Source of the DNA: Candidatus Cloacimonadales bacterium
GTDB taxonomy: Bacteria > Cloacimonadota > Cloacimonadia > Cloacimonadales > DAONDQ01
Length of the DNA stretch: 64,000 nucleotides
Assembly: GCA_963662275.1 (NCBI GenBank)
Contig: OY759316.1
Location: forward strand, 2,816,001 to 2,880,000
Direction: 5' to 3'
The notes under the pieces were generated by a model. The model saw nothing but the letters and a program-made list of their open reading frames with translations. It did not search any database and was not told the origin of the DNA. Positions within the stretch are counted from its first letter, which is position 1; each line of letters opens with the position of its first letter. The translations under genes were made by a program, and so were the position numbers. This document shows positions 9,038 through 19,200 of the stretch, in pieces.

Positions 9038-10138
9038 ATGCGTTATAAAATTGTCTTTCTTTGTTTTTGTTTGAGCCTGTTCTTAATAATACCGATTCAC
9101 TTACAAGCTTGGTATTTTGCCAGATGGCATACATCAATGGGTGATTTTACTGCCATTTTGCGAGACGATCTTGCCCCGATTACAGTTACTAATTTCATTA
9201 ATCTTACTGATCGTCATTTTTATGACGGCTTACATTTCCACAGAATAATACATAACTCAATAATCCAGGATGGTGATCCATTAGGTACAGGCTATGGCGG
9301 ACCGGGCTATACAATTGCTGATGAATTCAATGTAGGATTGCATCATGATGTACCGGGAATGTTGGCAATGGCGAATACAGGTCAGCCACATTCGGGAGGC
9401 TCACAGTACTATATCACATTAGTTCCTCGACTAGACTTGGATGGTCATCTGAGCATATTCGGTAAAGTTATCCAAGGTATGGATGTAGTACAAAGTATTG
9501 GAGCCGTGCCAGCAGACAGCATTACTGGACACCCGGATTCACCGGTATTTATTAATACAATAGAAATTATGGATCTTGTTATCAATTCTGTTACCCCTTC
9601 AGACAGTATGGTTGTGTATGATATGCAAAATTCACAGCCTTTTATTATAGAAGCTTTCGGGTTCGTAAACAGTGTCACATACCAATGGCTTATCAATGGT
9701 GTTGCACAGGCTGATTCAGATTTTATGTTCACTCCCTCTTTCCCTGCCACCGGAGTTTATGAAGTCAGGTGTGTGGTAACAAATGATGATTTCAGCTTTC
9801 CTTTTACCTGGCACGTTACTGCCATCTCAGTAGCCAACAACGATCCTGTAATTCCAAATCATAATCTGATTATTTCGAAGAATTTTCCTAATCCTTTTCG
9901 CGATGAGACCTCGATCTCTTATCAATTCAAAACCAGCGAACCATTGCAGATCAATGTCTATGATATCAGGGGAAGGTTGGTTTATCATGACGGTAATGCT
10001 GTTCCCCTGAGTGGAATGAATCGCTGGTCTTGGAAAGCGATTACGTCTGATGGTACAGATCTGACTTCAGGAATATATCTATTCGAGTTTAAAACAGCAG
10101 GTGAAAGAAGAATTGTAAAAGGGATACTGATTAGATAA
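9038..10138 (+). CDS. Secreted cyclophilin-type peptidyl-prolyl isomerase with Ig-like domain and C-terminal sorting domain
   Basis: Signal peptide; FYDGLHFHRII, QDGDPLGTGYGGPGY, LAMANTG, GSQYYIT, IFGKV; NFPNPF...SGIYL tail. Confidence 0.9.
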   Translation: MRYKIVFLCFCLSLFLIIPIHLQAWYFARWHTSMGDFTAILRDDLAPITVTNFINLTDRHFYDGLHFHRIIHNSIIQDGDPLGTGYGGPGYTIADEFNVGLHHDVPGMLAMANTGQPHSGGSQYYITLVPRLDLDGHLSIFGKVIQGMDVVQSIGAVPADSITGHPDSPVFINTIEIMDLVINSVTPSDSMVVYDMQNSQPFIIEAFGFVNSVTYQWLINGVAQADSDFMFTPSFPATGVYEVRCVVTNDDFSFPFTWHVTAISVANNDPVIPNHNLIISKNFPNPFRDETSISYQFKTSEPLQINVYDIRGRLVYHDGNAVPLSGMNRWSWKAITSDGTDLTSGIYLFEFKTAGERRIVKGILIR

Positions 10139-10216
10139 GGGGCTAGGGGCTAGGTGTTAGGGGCTAGGTGTTAGGGGCTAGGTGTTAGGGGCTAGGTGCT
10201 AGGTGTCAGGTGCCAG
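10139..10216 (+). repeat. Heptamer array (GGCTAGG/TGTTAGG), about 11 units, directly after the stop codon
   Basis: ggggctagg ggctagg tgttagg ggctagg tgttagg ... tgctagg tgtcagg tgccag. Confidence 0.9.
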
Positions 10217-10248
10217 TCTCAGCTATCCGAAGGATGCTACTCTGTTAG

Positions 10249-10268
10249 CCCAGGAAGTCCTTCCTGGG
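10249..10268. terminator. Hairpin between convergent genes (possible terminator)
   Basis: CCCAGGAAG-tc-CTTCCTGGG, without a clear U-tract. Confidence 0.4.
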
Positions 10269-10640
10269 AATTCTTGTCAAATGTAGTCAGAATTCGTTTG
10301 GACGATATAAGATAACCTTTTGAGCTTAAATAAAAGCTAAGAGCTGGTTCATTGAGTGATTTCGACGAAGGAGAAATTGTATCGAAATGACCCAATGTGA
10401 CCCTATATGGTTGTGCAATGTCGTCTCCTCGATACAAAAAGATAAATCTGTTCACTCGGAGAACTCAGCTTTCATCCTCGATTGCGAAAGCTCGTTTTCT
10501 GGGAAGTTCAACCCGTCATTTTCATCGTTGGTTACGAATACCCGAATAGCTTATCTGGGGTCGAACTCCAAATCTCCTATTAGTTAGATATAATCAATTT
10601 GTCTTTAAGGGAGATTTGAAGACCAACGTTAATTATACAA

Positions 10641-11924
10641 TTATTGAATATATAATATTTTATAACTGCGTGTGATGTTACCCTGGATAGCTTTAACAAA
10701 ATAAATCCCGGTGGCTATCTTATTACTTTTCTGGTTTTTCCCATCCCATCGTATTGTAGTACCTGGAGTAGTGCTTTCCTTATGAACTAACTGTCCCTTC
10801 AGGTTGTAAATACTGATCTGAATTGGTTTCTTATCCAGTGTACGACTTTGAAATGTAACATTGTTGCTGAAAGGATTGGGCGAGATTTGCAAAGATAAGC
10901 CCTGGATCGGTGATGCAATAGGTGTATCAATGGATGTAGTGTTATCCCAAACATACGTTATTCGTGTATCATCCGACCATCCAGTTACTTGATTGTAATT
11001 TTGAGCAATATCAACAGCGAGATTGGAATTTGCATCATTCGTATACAGATTCTGTCCGAATGAAGCCCATATACCTGATCCATTAGAATCTTTTTCATTC
11101 AATTTGGAGATGAGTAAATTAAGTCCATTGTATGTATATGTGTTACGATCACTTTCTACCCATGAATCATTTGTGTAAATCGATGTAATATCTGTTGCAA
11201 GCTTACCAAAATACATTTCTCCACCAGTAAAACTGTAAACAGGATAATACTTAGCAATATATTCAATTAAGGAAGCTCCTGTCGTAATATCAGAAGCTTG
11301 GTAAGTATAAGCGAGACGATCACTGTTTACCCAATTTGTCGAATCTTGTGAAACTTTTGTAACACCTATTGATATTCTACCTCTTTCATCAGTCGTAAAA
11401 GTTCTCACGGAATAAGATGTCGTACCGAAATAGAACATCATTGATGCAATTTCAGACAACTGCTGCCCATTGTAGGAAAAATGATACCTGAAAATCAATG
11501 GATTTACTGAATTCTGCATTTGCGAAATACTAACATGCCTGAGTCTATTTTGCTCATCATATACGAAACTAGCTTCGCCCAAATCAGCGTTTTCATTGTT
11601 GTATTTTCGATATACTGCAGATATTACATATTGGTGTGAATTATCATATGTTAGAATCGTCGTTTTATCCGATCTCCAGGAATCCTCAGATCGATATGAG
11701 CCTGCAATGCTATCAATTTGAGTTGCATATGTCGGATTATAAAAGTATTGGGTTCGATTGATTAGCGCCCATACGCCATTCGTACTCATTTCAGTCGTCG
11801 TTTGCTGAATACGTCCATTGCGCTCAGAATTGAACTGCAAACCATTTTGTCCATCAAAAAAGCAGTTTGCGTTAAGAAGAAAAGGAATAACCATTAAAAT
11901 AATAAAAAATACATATGACTTCAT
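10641..11924 (-). CDS. Secreted hypothetical protein with C-terminal sorting domain
   Basis: GGAGG before ATG 11924; signal peptide; ISPNPF...IYNLKGQLV...WDGKN...GIYFV. Confidence 0.85.
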   Translation of the reverse strand: MKSYVFFIILMVIPFLLNANCFFDGQNGLQFNSERNGRIQQTTTEMSTNGVWALINRTQYFYNPTYATQIDSIAGSYRSEDSWRSDKTTILTYDNSHQYVISAVYRKYNNENADLGEASFVYDEQNRLRHVSISQMQNSVNPLIFRYHFSYNGQQLSEIASMMFYFGTTSYSVRTFTTDERGRISIGVTKVSQDSTNWVNSDRLAYTYQASDITTGASLIEYIAKYYPVYSFTGGEMYFGKLATDITSIYTNDSWVESDRNTYTYNGLNLLISKLNEKDSNGSGIWASFGQNLYTNDANSNLAVDIAQNYNQVTGWSDDTRITYVWDNTTSIDTPIASPIQGLSLQISPNPFSNNVTFQSRTLDKKPIQISIYNLKGQLVHKESTTPGTTIRWDGKNQKSNKIATGIYFVKAIQGNITRSYKILYIQ

Positions 11925-12112
11925 ATTCTTGACCTCCATAGATTTTTGCCAGCTTAATCAAAGAGTATTTTCTTAGTCAATTTCTTGTGAAGTAACTTTG
12001 TGAAATTCTCAGAATAATCCGATATTGGAATCAAGTATTGCCGTTGGTAAGTCCCTTCATCCCAAGAGATGAAGACCGGCAGCAACCATGACAAGCTGCC
12101 CCTTTCCACTAG

Positions 12113-12138
12113 CACCTAGAACCTAACACCAAGCACCT
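12113..12138 (-). repeat. Short heptamer array (GGTGYTA-type) just 3' of a stop codon
   Basis: ctagcac ctagaac ctaacac caagc on the plus strand. Confidence 0.7.
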
Positions 12139-12145
12139 TCTGTTC

Positions 12146-15100
12146 TTATTTCAGCAGTACCATCTTCCTTGTCTGCAAATAATTACCAGCTTTCATCTGG
12201 TAGAAATAGACACCGCTAGCAATAGAATTTCCATTCTCATCTTTTCCATTCCACAGGATTGATTGACTACCAGCATTCCGAACTTCATCCAGGAGCGTTA
12301 TCACCTTTTGTCCGCGTGTATTAAAGACATCGATGGAAACCTTCCCCTTTTCCTTTAAATGGAAGCGTATTGAGGTATTCGGATTGAAAGGATTAGGGTA
12401 ATTTCCCAGTAATAATGATTGATTCAATGCGACAATTGGATCATCAATACCTACTCCTCCTGTGCTTACAATCTTCACATCATCAACGAGCAAGGCAACA
12501 GAATTATTTGAAACACATTGAATTGCCAGGTACACTGTTTGGTTGTTATATGCAGAAATATCATAGTTGTATGATGTCCATTGATCATCGGGCACAATCA
12601 CGGTATTCCCGTTAATGATGCTGCTAAAACTTCCTGGCTCCATATTGGTCGTAGAAATCAATAAATTGTATCTTTCCAATCCATAGATAGATGAGTATGA
12701 TTTAGCCCAGAAATTGAAGGATGAATTGGTGCCCAAGTGTATTTGAGGTGTTATCAACCAGTCATTATTAGGATGATCTGCATTATCAAAGCAGGCAAGA
12801 ATCTTATTTCCGGAATGTGAAGAAAGAGAGAGCATTTGAGGGGTTGTAGCTTTTGGATTGAAAACCATGAATGATTTAGGGATTGTCTTATTCAGATAAT
12901 CCACACCATTAAAGTATAATGTGGAATATTGATCTAAATCCAGGTTCGACCAAGGTGAAAATATAAGAGAGAAATCAGGATAGTTTTCGAAGGAATCTGA
13001 AAAAACGAGATTCGGATATCCACAAGTAACATCTACGGTAAATGTATTCGAATGATCTGACTCCGCTGTTCCGTAGATTGCGCTTAACTCATATTGATAC
13101 AATCCGTAGGGGACTGATTCATCAATATATGAAGTGGCGAGAGGATTAGCTATTGTCGATATGTTATTTCCATTTCGAAACAAATTATACCCTGTAACTG
13201 TATAATTTACGCTCTGTGATGGAGCTTGCCAAGTTAAATGTACATTACATGAATCTACGACAGCGTTCAAATTAGAAGGAAGTGGCAATATACTGTTATC
13301 CGAAAAACCCGAAATAGGAATCACATGCTGCAATCGATTGTTCATATTATCTGTCACATTCAGAATTGCATTTTTTATCCCTTCTGATGTAGGATGGAAT
13401 ACAACAGATACAGAAATGGATTGTCCAACAGCCAATGTATTCGGATAGCTATTGGTATCCACAAGATTAAACTGCTCAGCATCAGCTCCTGTCATCGTTA
13501 TTGGTTGAGTGATAGTCAATGCCTGCAAACCGATATTTCTGATTCGAATATTGATTGGTACTGAAGTATCAAAGACATTGAGCTGACCAAAACTTACATT
13601 CGAAGGATAAGAATAAAATTGTCCTTCCTCAGACATCGGCTGGAATTGTAAACGAGTGTTAGGAATGTAGTACTCCCTCTGACCGGGTAGAAGATGTGCA
13701 ATATCGATGTTCTCTACATCGCTGTAATGTTGAATAGCACGGGTTGGTCCTAGAAAAGTGCAATAAAAATCATCTGTATATGCATGACTGACAGACATAT
13801 CTTTATCTATACAAACGACCAGGTTATTGATATTATCATAAATAAATGGTTCTTGTAATGGAATCTCTACCCATCCAAGTTCAGGTGTGACATTCAATAA
13901 ACCTGTATAAACAAGAGTTAGCGCACTGGCAGGCACCCAGTCAGTAGAAAGTGTAAATACATTATGATTTGTATGCCCCATGTATACTCTGATAGAATCT
14001 GACCATGCCCCTCCCCCATTATATTGATAGTAAAGGGAACGGATCAGGCTACTAGGTTGATTCAGTTCTGGTTGCAGATAGATTGTTTGAGAGAAACTGT
14101 GTAAACTTTCAGGCTCTAAAGGTAAACTAACAATAACAGATGTATTGGTACCAATTTGCACGGTATTTGGCTGGCTGGTTGTAAAAGACCAGATTGGACA
14201 TCCCGTTGCGTTGCCGTTTGCATTATAGGGAACAACCTTCCAGAAATAAGTGGTAGAACCATTCAAAATGGGAAGATAGGAATTAACCAAACCGAGATCA
14301 ACATTATTGAGGACATTCGTGGGGGGATTATTTGTGCCTAAAGATAGGCGATAACCCGTGGGAGAAGGACTCTCAATATCAGGAAACCAACTCAATGCCG
14401 TGGTAACGAATTGATCTACCGCGTTGTTAGCCGGTGAGATCCTGATTAATGGTAAAGGTATGCCGACAGGTTGCTGTTCAAAAACTACATCATCGATGTA
14501 CATATTCTGGCCATAACAGGCTGTTCCCTTGAAAATGATATATTTAACACCTGTTGCTGTTGAAGGGAAATTGAAATAGTATTCGTGCCAACCCTCTTCT
14601 GCTTCGACAGGAAGAAGCCCCGGAATTCTATGTATTACACCAAGAGAATCTGCTCCATTTAATGAACTTGTCGAACTAAGCCATACACTAATCATTTCAT
14701 TATGATATTGCTGCTCTGCATGTAGATTACTTCGATTCATCCAGAATCTGACCCGATAATTATTACCGGGAAGCACAACTGGAGGAGATACTAATGCTCC
14801 CTGTGTCCCAAACGGAAAAATCCAGGATTGATAGCTAGCCAAAGCTGCCCCTGAATGAGGTGGGCAGTCTGGATATAAGCCATAATCATCACGATCCCAT
14901 AATCCATAACCATTATTTGTGATACTATATGTCACCCAGCCGAAGGGTGGGAAAGCCATGTCATCGAAACTTTCTGAATGTGGGAAAGTACTGACTGCAG
15001 TATTTAATCCAAATCCGGTTAAAGTCAAGACATGCGAAGTACGGGTTAAGTCATCTGTCAATGTAAGTGTGGCATGATAAGTCTGTCCAACAGTAGGTCT

Positions 15101-15919
15101 GAATTTAACAGTAAAATTAATACTGGCTCCTGCAACCAGATTAACAGGATAAGAATTGGTATCAGTAACGATAAAACCACTCGGATTCTCTCCACCCAAT
15201 GCTGAAGAATTGATGTGCATGGATGTACCGCCAATATTTGAAACGTTAACAGTTTGTTCATCTGAAGTTGTATTCAAAATAAAACTGCCGAAATCAAGAG
15301 CTGAATGGTTCATAACAAAGACTCCGGGTCCTTGAAAAGGGTTAATATTCAACTGAATGTTAGATCTATATGAATATCCGATACCTGCTTCTGTGGGAGG
15401 TAAATCATCCGCGTACAGACGGTAAGCCATGGTAGTGTTCAAATTTGTATAAGTCCATTGTGTACCTTCAGAACTGCCAGCACCATCTGAACCATAATTA
15501 CATTCTATCAGGACTAACAGGTTATCAGTATTATATGCAAAATCTATTGTATTTATCACTTTCCAACTATTCGCATCGGCACCTGTTATCGTACCATCAT
15601 AGACAAGAATTGCACTTGTTGTCAATGCAGACCAGGTTTCTGATGTAAAATACGTAGCAGTTGTAGTTTTCATGTAGATTTTAACTGGTAATGACAAGTT
15701 TTGAGTAATTGTAGAAAACCATGCAATATCAGTAATGGTTCCATGCATCCCTACTTCAGAAGCCAAGTATATATCCGCGCTTCTTTCATACCCAAAAAAG
15801 CTTGTTATAGGCTGCCTCTGCGTGGAAGTTCCATGTCCAATCGTAACAGTTGTGGCAAAGAGAGTGATCATAGAACAGAGAATAATAATTGAAAAGAGTA
15901 AAGTCTTTACTGGATTCAT
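12146..15919 (-). CDS. Modular surface adhesin-like protein, paralog 1 (Ig-like choice-of-anchor D, cleaved-adhesin/choice-of-anchor J-like, Fn3, sorting domain)
   Basis: Signal peptide; NNDWLITP, FWAKSY, NYPNPFNP, SGVYFYQM, KMVLLK; homologous to five other ORFs in the window. Confidence 0.88.
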   Translation of the reverse strand: MNPVKTLLFSIIILCSMITLFATTVTIGHGTSTQRQPITSFFGYERSADIYLASEVGMHGTITDIAWFSTITQNLSLPVKIYMKTTTATYFTSETWSALTTSAILVYDGTITGADANSWKVINTIDFAYNTDNLLVLIECNYGSDGAGSSEGTQWTYTNLNTTMAYRLYADDLPPTEAGIGYSYRSNIQLNINPFQGPGVFVMNHSALDFGSFILNTTSDEQTVNVSNIGGTSMHINSSALGGENPSGFIVTDTNSYPVNLVAGASINFTVKFRPTVGQTYHATLTLTDDLTRTSHVLTLTGFGLNTAVSTFPHSESFDDMAFPPFGWVTYSITNNGYGLWDRDDYGLYPDCPPHSGAALASYQSWIFPFGTQGALVSPPVVLPGNNYRVRFWMNRSNLHAEQQYHNEMISVWLSSTSSLNGADSLGVIHRIPGLLPVEAEEGWHEYYFNFPSTATGVKYIIFKGTACYGQNMYIDDVVFEQQPVGIPLPLIRISPANNAVDQFVTTALSWFPDIESPSPTGYRLSLGTNNPPTNVLNNVDLGLVNSYLPILNGSTTYFWKVVPYNANGNATGCPIWSFTTSQPNTVQIGTNTSVIVSLPLEPESLHSFSQTIYLQPELNQPSSLIRSLYYQYNGGGAWSDSIRVYMGHTNHNVFTLSTDWVPASALTLVYTGLLNVTPELGWVEIPLQEPFIYDNINNLVVCIDKDMSVSHAYTDDFYCTFLGPTRAIQHYSDVENIDIAHLLPGQREYYIPNTRLQFQPMSEEGQFYSYPSNVSFGQLNVFDTSVPINIRIRNIGLQALTITQPITMTGADAEQFNLVDTNSYPNTLAVGQSISVSVVFHPTSEGIKNAILNVTDNMNNRLQHVIPISGFSDNSILPLPSNLNAVVDSCNVHLTWQAPSQSVNYTVTGYNLFRNGNNISTIANPLATSYIDESVPYGLYQYELSAIYGTAESDHSNTFTVDVTCGYPNLVFSDSFENYPDFSLIFSPWSNLDLDQYSTLYFNGVDYLNKTIPKSFMVFNPKATTPQMLSLSSHSGNKILACFDNADHPNNDWLITPQIHLGTNSSFNFWAKSYSSIYGLERYNLLISTTNMEPGSFSSIINGNTVIVPDDQWTSYNYDISAYNNQTVYLAIQCVSNNSVALLVDDVKIVSTGGVGIDDPIVALNQSLLLGNYPNPFNPNTSIRFHLKEKGKVSIDVFNTRGQKVITLLDEVRNAGSQSILWNGKDENGNSIASGVYFYQMKAGNYLQTRKMVLLK

Positions 15920-16225
15920 GTCAAGTACCTCCATAATAAAAAGAGTTATTACTGATAATTATCCAAAGAGAATTTTAATACTTTCTTACATGTCACTATC
16001 ATTCCAAATATTTATATAATACAAACATTAATTTGATTTTATTGATTATTTGTTAAAATGTGGTAAATATTCAAGATAAAACATGGCTATTTTTCTGAGT
16101 ATCTGGTTGGTCTTTTTAACTTCTCACCAATTAAGGGATTTCTTAGTTCTTTTATCCCGAAGAATGGAGACCGTAACAAACCGTTACAAAATTCTGCCTC
16201 TTTGTTCTTCTCTGATCTAGCCTCA

Positions 16226-16266
16226 CTGTACGCTGTACCCTGTACGCTGTACGCTGTTCCCTGTAC
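16226..16266 (-). repeat. Heptamer array (CTGTACS), about 6 units, 3' of a stop codon
   Basis: ctgtacg ctgtacc ctgtacg ctgtacg ctgttcc ctgtac. Confidence 0.85.
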
Positions 16267-16283
16267 CTAATACTTTCTGCTCA

Positions 16284-19200
16284 TTATTTAAGCAGCACCA
16301 TCTTCCTTGTCTGTGTATAATTGCCAGCTTGCATATGATAGAAATAGACACCGCTGGCAACTGGATGTCCGGTGCTATCTTTTCCATTCCAAAGAATAGA
16401 CTGAATCCCTGGATCTCGTATATCATCGAGTAATGTAGTTACTCTTTGTCCACGTACGTTATATATATTTACAGATACTTTACCTCTTTCCTTCAGATTG
16501 AACCGAATCGAGGTTTCAGGATTGAACGGATTAGGATAATTGCCCAGCAGTATGGAATGATTTATAACAGCAACCGGATCATTGCCCCCCACACTTCCAC
16601 CCGTACTGATTATTTTGAAATCATCAATCAGCAATGCAGCAGCCAAATCAGATACGCATTGAATAGCAATATATACAGTTCGATTGTCAAATACGGAAAG
16701 ATCGTAATTATATGGAGTCCAAATAACTGCAGGTACGCTCACTGTGTCTTCACCAGTGATGCTGATGAAGCTTGCTGGATTCATATCAGACAATGAAACC
16801 AGTAAATTGAATTTCTCCAAGCCATAGGATGCTGTGTATGATTTAGCCCAGAAACTGATCGATGTGTTTGTTCCTAATCGAAAACAGGGGGTAATCAACC
16901 AATCATCATTGGGTGGATTGGCACTGTCAAAACATGCCAGCATTTTATGCCCTGTACGTGCTTGGAGATATGTCATGGGTGGGTCTGTAGAGGTGGGATT
17001 GAATACCATAAATGCTTTAGGAATGCTCATATTTGGGAAGGATACCTGGTCAAAATCAAATGTGTTGCTTAGATCAACGTCCAAGTTGGTCCAACTGCCG
17101 AGGTCTGTGGTAAAGTCTGGATAATCATCAAAAGAATCTGCAAATATCAAATTCGGATAACCATATGTAACTTCGATAGTAAATGAATTTGAATACACAG
17201 ATTCAAAAGGTCCGTAAAATGCGCTAATCTTATAAGTATACAAACCATAAGCGACCGTTGAATCAGTGTACGAAATGGCAATAGGATTGTGCAATGTTTG
17301 GATGAGAGAATCGTTCCTGTAGATTCTGTATCCTGATAGATGATCACTAATCTGATGCACTGGAATCTGCCATGTTAAATGAACATTAGCTGAATCAATC
17401 ACGGCAACTAGATTCGTTGGTGGATTATTTGCAGCAGGAGGTGTGGAAATAGTAAAATCATCCATATAGATGAATTTTCCACCTGTGGAATGTCGAAGGA
17501 AACCTAGATAAATGTTTTGTCCTGAAAATTCAGATAAATCCACAGTCATTTCTTGGTAAATACTGGGTATATCAAAGTTAGAATATGTTTCCAATTCTGT
17601 TATGAAGCTGGATGAATCAGCATTTGTCGTAGAAACACAAACTTTTAAGTATTCATCCAATGAAGTAGGATCAGAATCCATAATGTCTGAGGAATCTTGC
17701 AGCCAAAAGCGTAATTGGTTACTTTGAGAACCCACTTCGAACTTAGGAGTCATCATCCAGTGATTCCCTGTAAAATTACTTACAAAAGCATATGCTGTTC
17801 CATTATGTGCATATCCTGCTGTAGTCCAACGACGCCATCCCTCGAGAGGATTTCCACTGTCTGAAATTGACCAGTCAGCATTTGGAAAAGTCTCATCCTC
17901 GAATCCCTGTTGATATGGAAAAATGTGTATTATTCCATCATTACCATAACCGGTTAGAGGAATGACATGGAGAGTACGGCTTCCGATATCCGATTTCCGA
18001 CTTGGAGTCAAGTTATCTGTCACATTCAGTTGGGCGTTCTTAATGCCTCCACTAGTCGGTGTAAAAGTGACTGACACTGCGTAACTTTCTCCAATAAATA
18101 ATGTATCAGGATAAGTATTCGTATCAATCAGGCTAAATTGAGCATCATCGACCCCTGATATGGATATCGGTTCTGTAATGATCAATGATCCGCCCCCGAT
18201 GTTATGGATTTGAACGTTAATTGGTGAAGACGTATTATTTATATTCACTTGACCGAAGTCTACTGTTGAGGGAATGGCACTGAATATCGGAATATCAGGC
18301 AAGGACTGGAACTGTAAACGTGTATCAGGAATTGCCATTCTTAATATACCGGAATAAGGGTTAGTCACTGAGCTATTATTCTGATCCGAATACTGCATGA
18401 TGCTACGATTTGTTATCATTTGTGTACAGAAGAAATCATCTCCGTCATCGTGGTATTCAGGCATATCTTTATCGACACAGATGACCAGATTACTAATATT
18501 GTCATAGTGGAAAGGCTCGTTTAGAGGGAGTTCAACCCACCCGGCAACAGCAGGTACAGATAGCATTCCTGAATACACAAGTGTCAGTTCGTTAGCTGGA
18601 ACGTAATCTGTAACTGAGAAAAATTGTATACGGTTCGTTAACCCCATATAGACCTTGACTGAATCAGTCCATTCTGAATAACCATTATACTGATAAAAGA
18701 TGGAACTGATCATGCTATTTGGGTGATTCAGTTCCTGCTGCAAATAGATCGTCTGGGAAAAACTATGCATATAATAAGGTTCCATTGGAAGACTGTAATC
18801 TACAAGAATTCCATTTCCTATTTCTACCAAGCCAGGTGCTAGAGCAGGTAACACTGTAGCCGAGATGAGGATTTGCAGGGATGGATTTTGTGGATCATTA
18901 GAGTTTATCGTTATTGAACCAGAAAAAACACCCTCAGATGTTGGAAGAAGCATCACGATGCATTCCAGTGAAGATCCGGGATTTAAAGTACGAGTACCGT
19001 TAATATTAGTAGAAATTGATGGAGCCGAAGTTGTCATAGAAAAGTTTAAATCAGCAAGCCCTGAATTAGTTATCTGAACAGTTCGAATTGACATGGAGTT
19101 GTTATTGATTTCACCATAGCTTAAGGATGTAGGATTCACATCTATCTGTGCACCTGTCGGTATTAACTGCCATGTAAAATCGTCAATGTAAAGGCTTTGA

